Shown here in pieces: positions 42,739 to 52,975 of a stretch of DNA of 64,000 nucleotides. The position numbers were made by a program, and so were the translations under genes. The stretch is from an uncultured Clostridium sp. (GTDB lineage: Bacteria > Bacillota > Clostridia > TANB77 > CAG-508). The notes beneath the pieces were generated by a model. That model was not told where the DNA came from. It made no database searches and worked only from the letters and a program-made list of their open reading frames with translations. Numbering within the stretch: position 1 is the first letter of the stretch; each line of letters begins with the position of its first letter. The DNA lies in the NCBI GenBank assembly GCA_930987745.1, contig CAKNKX010000001.1:11035-75034 (forward strand), given 5' to 3'.

Positions 42739-44196
42739 TTATTCAGTTACTTTTTGTATTTGGTCTTTATTAATATTAGATTTTAAAATAACTACTGGGC
42801 GAATACCTGCATAGCCTGAGTAAGGTCTCTCATCACCATTCGAATAGAAGTTATCATTTCCTAGGCCAACTACAGTCATACCATCTTGACTAGCAACTAT
42901 CCCTGGACCAAAAATAGCAAAGTTATCATCTTTTGGGGCATTAATGCCATTAGAAGCTAACCAATAAGAATTTCCTGTCATAGATTCTGTATTATCAAAC
43001 AACAAACTTTTTAATGTTTGATTTTCGATTGTTATCATTGGAAGATTTTCAAAATCAGGAGGGTACACTACTCCTTGTGTTGATATTCCAGTATTATCTC
43101 CTACTATATATGCATATCCTGTTATTTTATCTTCTGGCTTACTTCCTACACTTGATGTTGGCTTATCTTTTTTTAGCCAATCTTCTGGTGTCCATTGATT
43201 TTCAAATGGCCCATATTTTTCTCCATATTGTAGTGCTTTAGACATCGTTACTAAAATATTATATTGTTTTACTTTTTCCTCATCTAGGTTTCCATTTCCA
43301 TCTGTCATTCCTACTGCTTCATTTATATCATTTATATTTGCACTTCTTGCTTCAACCGCATAATCATTATTTTTATATATTCCACTTATTTTATCCATTT
43401 CATCTGGTCCATATACGTATGCTGCTGCTCCTCCTATATCAAAATATAGAGTATTTTCGACAGGATTCTCCATTATATATGTTGTAGCCCCTTCCTCTTT
43501 TAAAATTGTTTCTGATATTAATTTTATATTTCCTGTTGTTTCATCTTTCCCTAATACTCTCCATTTTAAGTTACTATCTACATTATATGTTTGGTTCCAT
43601 TCTACTCCTGTTTGTGCTGCATATGCTGTTGCTGAACCACTACTTGGATTTTGATAATTTACATAGTCCCCTATATGCAAATGTCCTTCTGGATTTGTAC
43701 AACCTTCTCCTCCTTGGCATCCATCTGTTACTGCTAGATCATACATCTCTACTAGTGTTGCTACTGTTGGTACTTCTTCTTCTGAATCATATGGTCCTCT
43801 TATTGTTCCTACATTTTCTAATTTATACCATCTGCTTGTTCCATCTTCATCTTCAAATTTTACAACTATGTCTCCTGAAACCTCTGCATTTGTCACTCCA
43901 TTTTGACTTAGCTGTGACTCTATATCACTTGCTGTTATTGCTCCTTGTGCTTGTTTTACTGCTGTTGCTCCATTCCATGCTAGTCCTATTTGTTCTTTTT
44001 CTTCTGCTATTTTTGTTTCTTTGCTTGCTTTTTGTGCTTGACTTAGTATTCCATTATTTCCTGTTAATGTTGCTATACTTACTCCTGCTAAAATTAACAA
44101 CACTATTATCGTTATTACTAGTGCTATTAATGTTATTCCTCGACTTTCTAATAGTTTTATTTTTTCTAATTCTTTTTTGATTCTTGTTTTATGCAT
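42739..44196 (-). CDS. Type IV pilin-like protein (class III signal peptide, large C-terminal domain)
   Basis: SRG|ITLIALVITIIVLLILAGVSIATL, with Ala rather than Glu at +5. Confidence 0.75.
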   Translation of the reverse strand: MHKTRIKKELEKIKLLESRGITLIALVITIIVLLILAGVSIATLTGNNGILSQAQKASKETKIAEEKEQIGLAWNGATAVKQAQGAITASDIESQLSQNGVTNAEVSGDIVVKFEDEDGTSRWYKLENVGTIRGPYDSEEEVPTVATLVEMYDLAVTDGCQGGEGCTNPEGHLHIGDYVNYQNPSSGSATAYAAQTGVEWNQTYNVDSNLKWRVLGKDETTGNIKLISETILKEEGATTYIMENPVENTLYFDIGGAAAYVYGPDEMDKISGIYKNNDYAVEARSANINDINEAVGMTDGNGNLDEEKVKQYNILVTMSKALQYGEKYGPFENQWTPEDWLKKDKPTSSVGSKPEDKITGYAYIVGDNTGISTQGVVYPPDFENLPMITIENQTLKSLLFDNTESMTGNSYWLASNGINAPKDDNFAIFGPGIVASQDGMTVVGLGNDNFYSNGDERPYSGYAGIRPVVILKSNINKDQIQKVTE

Positions 44197-44343
44197 TTTT
44201 GCATCCTCCTTTTTTTCTTATGTTTCCTTTAATTTTCTTTTTTTATTCCTTTTATTTTATATTACAAATTATATTGTAATACATTGCTTTTGTCAATATT
44301 TTTGTCTCCAAGAATTTTTAGATTATATAATATTTTAAAAATA

Positions 44344-44370
44344 AGAATCTTGTTGTCTAAGACAATAAAA
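44344..44370 (+). repeat. Family B repeat
   Basis: agaatcttgttgtctaagacaataaaa. Confidence 0.7.
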
Positions 44371-44411
44371 TAACTTACCAATACTTTAACTTCTGGCAAG
44401 TTATTTAATCC

Positions 44412-44852
44412 TTATTTTTCTATTGTTTTATTTAACATCCATAAATGTTTAATGTATGAAGATATATAATTATCCATCAAACTAGATGTAGCATATTGTT
44501 TTTTGCTATCCGCTTCTTCTTTTATTTGTATTACTTTTTTATTTAAGGTTTCATAATCTTTTATTATATTGTTATAAATTTCACAATCTTTTATTCTCTC
44601 ATTTTTTGCCTCTACAATACAAGTATTATTTAAATAATCTTGCATTGTTCCTAATGGGATTCCCCCTAGCATTAAAATATGTTCTGCTATTTCGTCAACT
44701 TGTTCATTAATTTCATCATAATATTCTTCAAGTTTTTCATGAACTACAAAAAAGTCTTTTCCATAAACATTCCAGTGATAATTTTGAAGTTTTCTATAAA
44801 AAACATTTAAGTCTGATAAAAAAACATTTAAATTTTTAATTAATTCTTCCAT
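44412..44852 (-). CDS. dps: Dps / ferritin-like DNA protection protein
   Basis: KLQNYHWNVYGKDF..HEKLEEYY...DEIAEH...KHLWML. Confidence 0.92.
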   Translation of the reverse strand: MEELIKNLNVFLSDLNVFYRKLQNYHWNVYGKDFFVVHEKLEEYYDEINEQVDEIAEHILMLGGIPLGTMQDYLNNTCIVEAKNERIKDCEIYNNIIKDYETLNKKVIQIKEEADSKKQYATSSLMDNYISSYIKHLWMLNKTIEK

Positions 44853-45054
44853 AATTTTATTCTTCCTTTCTTTTTATTTTCTTTTAAGTTACCCAAATCT
44901 TTTAAATTTATTCATTCTTATGAAAGGAAGTATATATATTACATAATTTATTCTTTTTTCTTTACATTTTTATTTTAATATATATATTTCAACAAAAAAT
45001 CCTACTAACTTAAATATTAATAGGATTTTTGTTTTATTTAACTTATCTATCCAT

Positions 45055-46176
45055 TTAATTTTCTATCTCATCTAGGTCAAATATATCTTCTCCTCCGATT
45101 ACTTCGCCTGTTGTACAATACACAAAATATTTTCTTTTTTGGTCAAATGGTCTATCTTCATAACTAATTGTAACTACATATACTTTTCTCGCTCTTCCAT
45201 TCATTTTATATGCATTATAGCTATATGTTGTTCCATCTTCCAAAGTTACAGTTTCATTTCCATTTGTTAATCCGTTTTCTTTTAAATAAACTTCAGGGTT
45301 TACTCTTTTTATTGCAAGCTCCGCTTCTACACTACTTACAATATAATTTTTAGAGTTTATTACTTTGTCTTTTTCTTTTGCAATATTTATTGCTTCTTCT
45401 TCTGTAATTACTATTTCATTATTATCAAATGGTTCATCTGTGATACTAAATGAAATCACTTGATTAACTTTAGGAATTATGGTCATACTTATTGATTGAG
45501 TTTCATTAAATAAGCCATCATATTGTTTTGAGAACCATAGATACCATAAATATGATTTTTCTTCATTATCTGATATATTAGACGAAATATATGATAATTT
45601 ATATTCATCACTTATTCCATATTCTTTTAGTTTTTCTTTAGCTACTTTTATTATTTCTTCTTTTGAAGATGTCATTTTTTCTATTTCTTCTGTACTATAA
45701 TTGTCATCTAACCAAAAACTTCTAAACTTTCCTTCAGTTGCATTAATAGAAATTTGTAAATTATTAGTTTTTATTATATAACTTATTTCGTCATAATTTG
45801 GTGCTTTTTGTAGTTTAGTTTCTACTATTTCTTCTTCTTTTAGTTCTAAACCATATTTTTTTACATCTTCTTTTGCAATATTAATTGCTTGTTCTTTTGA
45901 TATTATACTTTTTAAATCTTCTTCATCTACTTTTAATTCTTCTATGTAGTTTTCTATTTTTTCTGGTTTTGTAAATATCTTTTCATAAATAACTCCACCT
46001 GCATATACCATTCCGACAGATACCCCTAATGTTAATACAAATGTTGCAACAAATTTTAATATATTATATTTCGACTTTTTTTCCAACCTTTCTTCTTTTT
46101 GAAAGTTTGATATTGCAATTTTTGTCTTAAATTTTTCTGAGACTTTATTATTTAATTCCTTATTTTCCATTATCAT
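45055..46176 (-). CDS. Putative membrane-anchored anti-sigma factor with extracellular PepSY-like domains
   Basis: Overlaps the stop of the ECF sigma gene; one TM segment; C-terminal YFVYCTTGEVIG. Confidence 0.65.
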   Translation of the reverse strand: MIMENKELNNKVSEKFKTKIAISNFQKEERLEKKSKYNILKFVATFVLTLGVSVGMVYAGGVIYEKIFTKPEKIENYIEELKVDEEDLKSIISKEQAINIAKEDVKKYGLELKEEEIVETKLQKAPNYDEISYIIKTNNLQISINATEGKFRSFWLDDNYSTEEIEKMTSSKEEIIKVAKEKLKEYGISDEYKLSYISSNISDNEEKSYLWYLWFSKQYDGLFNETQSISMTIIPKVNQVISFSITDEPFDNNEIVITEEEAINIAKEKDKVINSKNYIVSSVEAELAIKRVNPEVYLKENGLTNGNETVTLEDGTTYSYNAYKMNGRARKVYVVTISYEDRPFDQKRKYFVYCTTGEVIGGEDIFDLDEIEN

Positions 46177-46711
46177 ATCCTCCTTTAATTAATTCACTTT
46201 TTAATTTTTTTCTTATTCTAAATAATTTTGTTTTTACTTTTGATATACTAATATTTAAAATTTCAGATATTTCTTTTATGCTTCTAGAGTTATAGTAATA
46301 AAGTAAAAAAATTTCTTTATCCTCTTTTTTCATTTTTTCTAAAGCTAATTCAATCATTTTATTTTTTTCATAATTTTCATAAATTTCATTAATATCAAAT
46401 TTATTTATTAAGCTATTTTCAAAATCATCTATATTAAGATTAAAATTGCTTTTCCTATATTTTAGTTTTATCAAATTTTTTGTAATTCCTGCTAAATAGC
46501 TTTTAATCAGTTTATTTTTATTAATTTTAAATCTATTATTCCAACACACAACAAATACATCTGATATAATTTCTTCTATATCTTCATTACTTAATGTCTC
46601 TTTTGTTATGTTTTTTACAATTACATAAATATATCCACTATAATCATTTATTAATTTTTCAATATTTATATTATTATTATCTAAATATTTTTCTATTGTA
46701 TTTTCTGTCAC
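46160..46711 (-). CDS. ECF sigma-70 factor
   Basis: GTG start; DIEEIISDVF, IKSYLAGITKN and SIKEISEIL..KVKTKLFRIR. Confidence 0.85.
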   Translation of the reverse strand: MTENTIEKYLDNNNINIEKLINDYSGYIYVIVKNITKETLSNEDIEEIISDVFVVCWNNRFKINKNKLIKSYLAGITKNLIKLKYRKSNFNLNIDDFENSLINKFDINEIYENYEKNKMIELALEKMKKEDKEIFLLYYYNSRSIKEISEILNISISKVKTKLFRIRKKLKSELIKGGYDNGK

Positions 46712-46873
46712 TTTTATCCTCCTTGCTTTATTCTATATATATTTTATTATTTATATAAATAATATTTCCTTTATCTACTTTTATATTAACATCTTTTCTA
46801 AAAAGGTTACAAAAAAAGTAAGTAATTTTTTAAAAATTAAAATCACTTACTTTTTACTAAATTTATTTATTTT

Positions 46874-47839
46874 TTAACTATTATTTTGCTCTAACGCTTC
46901 TAAACTATATTCTTTATTTTCAATTTCATATCCGAAACTATTTATATCTGGAACTTCCACATCTTCATCTGTTACTGTTCCAAAACTATATTTATATTCT
47001 TGTATATTATCTCTTACTTCTTTTACCACATCTGTTCCTGGGAAGTGTTCTTCTACTCCACCTCTATTTATTGTTCTAAGTGGCATACCTGTTTCTTTAT
47101 CAACCCATTCTTCCCATCTATTATTTGTTTCGAACTTATTTCTTATTACATAATATTCTTTTCCTATATCATAAGTATCTGTAGAAATTGACATTATAAA
47201 TGCTGTACCTAATTTTGCTGCAAAACTATTAATTGTAAATGACAGTCCTCCACCTTTTAGAGTGCTTTCAGTATTTGACAATTTTGTTAAATCACCATGT
47301 TCTAATATTACTTTTTTATCTCTATCTGATATTGTAATTCTCTTATCAGTATTTGCTGTTGCATACATTGTAGATAATATTTCTTTTCCATCATCACTAT
47401 ATATTTCCCATATTTGTTTCCATTTTCCATCTTTATAGTATGTTTTAATTACAGAAGTTTCTCCATCTCCCACAATTGTTGAAGATTCTTTATAAAAGTT
47501 ATTTGATTCTAAACTTTTTTCTGATTTGCTTACCATATCGCTTATTATAATAAATTTATATAAATATACTATAAAAAATACTAAAGCAACAATACCAATA
47601 GCAATTAAAATAGATTTTATTCTTGATTTTCTTCTTATTTTTTTTAAATAATCAATTTCTTTTTTTTGATTAGTTTCATTTTCTTTCATATCTTGCTTTA
47701 TTTCTTCTAATCTTTTTTGACAGTTTTTACATTCTGATAGATGTTTTTCGACTAATTTTTTAGATTCTTTATTTAAAACTCCATCAATATATCCAAGTAA
47801 TAAATCTTGAACTATTTCACACTCAGTTTTCTTTTCCAT
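46874..47839 (-). CDS. zf-HC2 (ZAS) anti-sigma factor
   Basis: CEIVQDLL...HLSECKNC (HxxxCxxC), followed by a TM segment and an extracellular domain. Confidence 0.85.
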   Translation of the reverse strand: MEKKTECEIVQDLLLGYIDGVLNKESKKLVEKHLSECKNCQKRLEEIKQDMKENETNQKKEIDYLKKIRRKSRIKSILIAIGIVALVFFIVYLYKFIIISDMVSKSEKSLESNNFYKESSTIVGDGETSVIKTYYKDGKWKQIWEIYSDDGKEILSTMYATANTDKRITISDRDKKVILEHGDLTKLSNTESTLKGGGLSFTINSFAAKLGTAFIMSISTDTYDIGKEYYVIRNKFETNNRWEEWVDKETGMPLRTINRGGVEEHFPGTDVVKEVRDNIQEYKYSFGTVTDEDVEVPDINSFGYEIENKEYSLEALEQNNS

Positions 47840-48323
47840 TTTTATTTACCTCCCTTATTTTTTGCTTAGCACGATAAAATGTAACTCTTGCCCAATTAGG
47901 TGTTTTTCCCAGCACTTCTCCTATTTCAGTAAAATTTAAGTTCCCTATAAGTCTTAAATACATTACTTCTTTTGATTTTTCATCTAGTTTTTGCATACTT
48001 TTAAATAATTTTAGCTTATCTTCTTTGTCACAAATTATTTCTTCTATGCTTTCATCGGTAGTTAATTCCTCATTCAAATCATTTATAGAAACATTTATAT
48101 TTTTCTTACGTTTTTTTAATTCTTTATACCATAAATGTTTTGCTATTTGACAAAGCCATACAGATATTTTACAATCCCCTCTAAATTTACTGATTTTATT
48201 TATTGCAATCGCAAAAGTTTCTTGTGTTAAATCTTCAGCTGTTTCTTCTTTACCTGTTAAGCAGAATAAATATTTAAATACTGTATTTGAATATTCTTTA
48301 TATACTTCTTCTATATTCTGCAT
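47823..48323 (-). CDS. ECF sigma-70 factor
   Basis: AEDLTQETF, SVWLCQIAKH and EIGEVLGKTPNWARVTFYRAK. Confidence 0.9.
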   Translation of the reverse strand: MQNIEEVYKEYSNTVFKYLFCLTGKEETAEDLTQETFAIAINKISKFRGDCKISVWLCQIAKHLWYKELKKRKKNINVSINDLNEELTTDESIEEIICDKEDKLKLFKSMQKLDEKSKEVMYLRLIGNLNFTEIGEVLGKTPNWARVTFYRAKQKIREVNKNGKEN

Positions 48324-48443
48324 AACTTTTACCTCCTTCTATTAAGTAAGAGAGTTTTTTTATCATTTTATTACAAGATTTTTAAAATTTCTACAATTTT
48401 TTTAAAGCAAGTAACTTTTTTAAATTACTTGCTTTTATTTTTA

Positions 48444-49991
48444 TTATTTTATTGCATCTCCTCCTAAAATTTCTCCTGTTGTACAATCTACAAAATATGC
48501 CTCTAAATCTTTAAATAAATCATTATTATATTCAATTTCTACTCTCCAAACTTTCCTTACTAAATTTTCTGTTCTATATCCATATGTATTATCGGTAGAT
48601 TGAATGTTTGTTATATTGTCATTATTGTTTGATACATTATTACTAATACTATTTATACTTTCTTCATATACTTCTTGTGAATATACAAATGTATTCATTT
48701 TTTCAAATTTTAATTCTGCTGTTATATTTTTAATGTTATTTTCATCTCTTCCTAAACTTATTGATTTAGCTTTTACAATTTCAATTGCTTCATCTTTTGA
48801 TATTTCTATAGGATTATTTTCTGTTTTAGTATTAAATATATTTAAGCCCCATAAATGTTTTATTTCAGGAATTATTGTTAGTCTTATACATTCATATTCA
48901 TTAGCTATTCCATCATATACTTTACAAAAATCGCCTTGCCATAAATTTGTATCATCTGTGACAGCATATTTTTGAAGATTTGTTAATGTATATTCGTCAG
49001 GATATCCTAAATTTTGATACATCTCTTTAATTGTTTTTTCTACATTTTCTTTACTCATTGTACTTGCTATTTTTGTATCATCTATACTATTATCTGAATA
49101 TGAAATTAGCTCTCCTGTATATGCATCAAGATTTACTGATATTTGCTCATTTGTTTGGATAAACCATTCCATTTCTTTATCATCTGGATATTTTATTAGT
49201 TCTGCTTTTTTTATTGTTATTTCCTCATTATTTTTTAGTTTTTTGATTATTTCTATTGCTATATTTTTTGCTTCTTCTTCATCCAAAGCATTTTTTCTAT
49301 CTTCACTTGTTACTTCTTTTTCTTCAGTATAATTAAACTTTTCTGGCTCTTTCCATATATATTTTTTATATATTGTAACTCCTGCATAAACTATTCCTGA
49401 CATTACAATAATGCTTGTAAATATTACAAGAAGAAGTCTAATTATTTTATTTTTATTTACTTCTATTACTTTTTCTTTAACTAATAATTCTTTTAGTTTC
49501 TTTTTACTATTATGCGCAAGTGTTTTTATTTGACTAGGTGTTTTTTCCATTATTTTTCCCGTTTCTTTATATGATAGTCCTTCTATCTTAGTTAAATATA
49601 TTACTATTTGATAATCTCGTGGCATATTATTTATTACTTTTATAATTTTTTCTTTTCTTTCATTTGAAAAAATTATATCTTCTACTAATTTTTCGTCTTT
49701 ATATGTATCTTCTAATCTTTCTTGTTTTTTATTTTTCTTTAAGTAATTTAATGATTTTGATTTTGCTATTGTATAAAAGTAAGTTTTTAATGAATATTTC
49801 GGATTATATTTTTCTTTATTTTCCAATATATACATAATTACATCTTGAAATATATCTTCTGCAATTTCTTTATGTTTTACATATCTAGTTATGAAATATA
49901 TAATATTATTTTTGTATTTATTTATTAACTTATTAAATGCTTCTTCATTTCCATTTAAAAATTCTTTGTATAATTTTTTATCTTCTTCCAT
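48444..49991 (-). CDS. ECF sigma factor fused to a TM segment and an anti-sigma-like extracellular domain
   Basis: AEDIFQDV, KTYFYTIAKS and GLSYKETG, then a TM segment and a C-terminal region paralogous to 45055-46176. Confidence 0.8.
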   Translation of the reverse strand: MEEDKKLYKEFLNGNEEAFNKLINKYKNNIIYFITRYVKHKEIAEDIFQDVIMYILENKEKYNPKYSLKTYFYTIAKSKSLNYLKKNKKQERLEDTYKDEKLVEDIIFSNERKEKIIKVINNMPRDYQIVIYLTKIEGLSYKETGKIMEKTPSQIKTLAHNSKKKLKELLVKEKVIEVNKNKIIRLLLVIFTSIIVMSGIVYAGVTIYKKYIWKEPEKFNYTEEKEVTSEDRKNALDEEEAKNIAIEIIKKLKNNEEITIKKAELIKYPDDKEMEWFIQTNEQISVNLDAYTGELISYSDNSIDDTKIASTMSKENVEKTIKEMYQNLGYPDEYTLTNLQKYAVTDDTNLWQGDFCKVYDGIANEYECIRLTIIPEIKHLWGLNIFNTKTENNPIEISKDEAIEIVKAKSISLGRDENNIKNITAELKFEKMNTFVYSQEVYEESINSISNNVSNNNDNITNIQSTDNTYGYRTENLVRKVWRVEIEYNNDLFKDLEAYFVDCTTGEILGGDAIK

Positions 49992-50116
49992 AGACTTTTC
50001 CCCTTTGTTTTATTCTTATTTATTATACAATTAATTTTATAAAAAGTTGTAACAAAAAGAAAAAAAGATATAAGTAAATAAAATTTTCACTCATATCTTT
50101 TTAGTTTTTTATCTAA

Positions 50117-51118
50117 TTATTTCATTGCTTCTTCAACTGCAACAGCTACTGCAACTGATGCTCCAACCATTGGGTTATTTCCCATACCAATTAATCCCAT
50201 CATTTCAACATGTGCTGGTACTGATGAAGATCCTGCAAATTGTGCATCTGAGTGCATTCTTCCCATAGTATCTGTCATACCATATGAAGCAGGTCCTGCT
50301 GCCATATTGTCTGGGTGTAATGTTCTTCCAGTTCCACCACCTGATGCAACTGAGAAGTATCTTTTACCTTCTGCTAATCTTTCTTTTTTGTATGTTCCTG
50401 CAACTGGATGTTGGAATCTTGTTGGGTTTGTTGAGTTACCAGTAATTGATACATCAACATCTTCCATCCACATTATTGCTACACCTTCTCTAACATCATT
50501 TGCTCCATAACATCTAACTTTTGCTCTTTCTCCATTTGAGTAAGCAATTTCTTCTACTACATTTACTTTTCCTGTGAAGAAATCAAATTCTGTTTTTACA
50601 TATGTAAATCCATTGATTCTTGAAATTACTTGTGCAGCATCTTTTCCAAGTCCATTTAAGATTACTCTTAATGGTTCTTTTCTTACTTTATTTGCTGATT
50701 TTGCAATTCCAATTGCTCCTTCTGCTGCTGCAAAAGATTCATGTCCTGCTAAAAATGCAAAACATTTTGTGTCTTCTGAAAGTAGCATTGAAGCTAAGTT
50801 TCCATGTCCTAATCCTACTTTTCTATCATCTGCAACAGAACCTGGAATACAAAAAGCTTGTAATCCTTCTCCAATTGCTTTTGCTGCATCAGCTGCTTTT
50901 GTACATCCTTTTTTGATTGCTATTGCTGCACCTAATGTATAGCCCCAAGCTGCATTTTCAAAACATATTGGTTGTACTCCTTTTACTATTTCATATGGAT
51001 TAAATCCTTTGTCTGTACATATTTTTAATGCATCTTCAAAATCTTTTATTCCGTATTTTTCCATTACTGGTTTTATTTGGTCTATTCTTCTTTCATAACT
51101 TTCAAATGTTACTGCCAT
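50117..51118 (-). CDS. GGGtGRT family protein
   Basis: SGGGTGRTLHPDN signature, GHESFAAAEG and GNSTNPTRF. Confidence 0.92.
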   Translation of the reverse strand: MAVTFESYERRIDQIKPVMEKYGIKDFEDALKICTDKGFNPYEIVKGVQPICFENAAWGYTLGAAIAIKKGCTKAADAAKAIGEGLQAFCIPGSVADDRKVGLGHGNLASMLLSEDTKCFAFLAGHESFAAAEGAIGIAKSANKVRKEPLRVILNGLGKDAAQVISRINGFTYVKTEFDFFTGKVNVVEEIAYSNGERAKVRCYGANDVREGVAIMWMEDVDVSITGNSTNPTRFQHPVAGTYKKERLAEGKRYFSVASGGGTGRTLHPDNMAAGPASYGMTDTMGRMHSDAQFAGSSSVPAHVEMMGLIGMGNNPMVGASVAVAVAVEEAMK

Positions 51119-51134
51119 TATTATTCCTCCTTAA

Positions 51135-51461
51135 TTAACACTTTTTATTACCATGCTTGTATGGTCTTGTTTCATTGTATTCCATCTTTTCTAGAATAAT
51201 TTTCTCTAAATCAATATTATTTCCTCCACAGAAGTCAAATATTCTTATTATAACATCTGCTAACTCTGATGGTATTCCACAAGGCTTTTTTCCATCTTCA
51301 TAATATGTTTCATTTATTTGTTTTCCTTGTCTATATTCTTCAAAAGCTTCTGATAATTCACTATGCATTAATGCAATTACTTCTCCAAAATTTCTGTCAT
51401 CTTGCCAAAATCCATGTTTTACACTATTATCATGTGCTCTTTTTACTAAATCATTTATCAT
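51135..51461 (-). CDS. MazG-like all-alpha NTP pyrophosphohydrolase
   Basis: HSELSEAFEEYR, ELADVIIR and KMEYNETRPYKHG. Confidence 0.75.
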   Translation of the reverse strand: MINDLVKRAHDNSVKHGFWQDDRNFGEVIALMHSELSEAFEEYRQGKQINETYYEDGKKPCGIPSELADVIIRIFDFCGGNNIDLEKIILEKMEYNETRPYKHGNKKC

Positions 51462-51482
51462 AATTAACCTCTTCTTTCAATT

Positions 51483-52193
51483 CTATTGTTTTCTAGGGTC
51501 AATTTTCTTAACAGCTTCATCAAATCTTCCATATGTTCCAGATGCTTTCTCAATTGCTTCCATTGGGTCCATTCCTTTTTTGATGTTATCCATCATTTTT
51601 CCCATATGTACATATTTATATCCAATTATTTGGTCATCTTTATCTAGACCTAATTCTACTATATATCCTTCTGTTAATTGTAGATATCTTGGTCCTTTTA
51701 ATGTACTAGAATATATTGTTCCAACTTGTGATGTATGTCCTTTTCCTAAGTCTTCAAGACCTGCTCCTACTGGAAGTCCTCCTTCTGAGAAAGCTGTTTG
51801 TGTTCTTCCATATACTATTTGTAAGAATAACTCTCTCATTGCTGTGTTAATTGCATCACATACTAAGTCAGTATTTAATGCTTCTAATATTGTTTTTCCT
51901 GTTAAAATTTCTCCTGCCATGGCAGCTGAATGTGTCATTCCTGAACATCCTATTGTTTCAATTAATGCTTCTTGAATAATTCCATCTTTAACATTTAATG
52001 TTAATTTACAAGCTCCTTGTTGTGGTGCACACCATCCAATTCCATGTGTTAATCCTGATATATCTTTTATTTCTTTTGCTTTTACCCATTTTCCTTCTTC
52101 TGGAATTGGTGCTGGTCCATGATTAACTCCTTTTGCGACTGTGCACATTTCTTCTAATTCTTTTGAATAAATCATTTTAATTGCTCCTTTCAA
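51483..52193 (-). CDS. NifU/IscU-like Fe-S scaffold-domain protein, usual partner of the GGGtGRT protein
   Basis: GWCAPQQGAC, IGCSGMTHS and LVCDAIN Cys motifs. Confidence 0.75.
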   Translation of the reverse strand: MKGAIKMIYSKELEEMCTVAKGVNHGPAPIPEEGKWVKAKEIKDISGLTHGIGWCAPQQGACKLTLNVKDGIIQEALIETIGCSGMTHSAAMAGEILTGKTILEALNTDLVCDAINTAMRELFLQIVYGRTQTAFSEGGLPVGAGLEDLGKGHTSQVGTIYSSTLKGPRYLQLTEGYIVELGLDKDDQIIGYKYVHMGKMMDNIKKGMDPMEAIEKASGTYGRFDEAVKKIDPRKQ

Positions 52194-52264
52194 TACTATG
52201 TTTTGTTCTTTATTTTATAGGATTTCTCCTAAATTTAAAAACAGAAATTTGATTATCCCCTATT

Positions 52265-52969
52265 TTATTCTTTATTTCTTCTCTGTGTTTCAATTTCTTC
52301 TGCTGAGAATAAAATTTGATTTTTCATTTTATTAATATTTTTTGTTTCTTTTTCTTCTTGAGGTTCTTGGATTTTATCAAATCCATCTGTATTATATTCT
52401 ACTAAGTTTTTCACATCTCTTATATATATACCTGTTTCATATGTTTCATGTCTTACTAATTTTTTTGGTAAACTAGCATATTTTTTTACTGCTTCTTTTT
52501 CTTCTTTTGTACATTGTTCTGGTGTTATCCCTAAATATTTAATTCTCCAAAGCACATGTCTTTCATAGCTATTAAAATCACTATTTTGAAGATCGTCATA
52601 ATCATAGCTTACCTTAAATCTTGTTCCTTCTATTAATATTGTAATATTACTCCATAATTCTTTTGATTCTGATTTTCTAAATTCTTCTCTTAATTCTTTT
52701 ATTTTTTCAAATAGTAATTCTACTAACTTTAAGTATTGTGTTTCATCTATATTAAATTTATTTGGGATTTCATATACATTTATTGGTCTTTTTTTCAATA
52801 TTCCTTTTGGGATATAGTAAAAAAACAATTCTCCAGTTTTCTCATTTTTTGATTTATCAATTACTGAACTGTATAGATATAGTTTATCCCATTTTTCAGG
52901 TATCATATAAAATAACCTTTTTTGTATTTCTTCATATATTTCTTTTATCTTTTTCGTATGATTTAACAT
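52265..52969 (-). CDS. YezG/DUF600-like immunity-domain protein
   Basis: EIQKRLFYMIPEKWDKLYLY, FFYY and ELWSNITI...FKVSYDY. Confidence 0.55.
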   Translation of the reverse strand: MLNHTKKIKEIYEEIQKRLFYMIPEKWDKLYLYSSVIDKSKNEKTGELFFYYIPKGILKKRPINVYEIPNKFNIDETQYLKLVELLFEKIKELREEFRKSESKELWSNITILIEGTRFKVSYDYDDLQNSDFNSYERHVLWRIKYLGITPEQCTKEEKEAVKKYASLPKKLVRHETYETGIYIRDVKNLVEYNTDGFDKIQEPQEEKETKNINKMKNQILFSAEEIETQRRNKE

Positions 52970-52975
52970 ATCTTT

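Noticed and set aside
45055-52969. Accessory block as a prophage or integrative element
   Set aside because: No integrase, structural, replication or transfer genes, and no att-like direct repeats seen.
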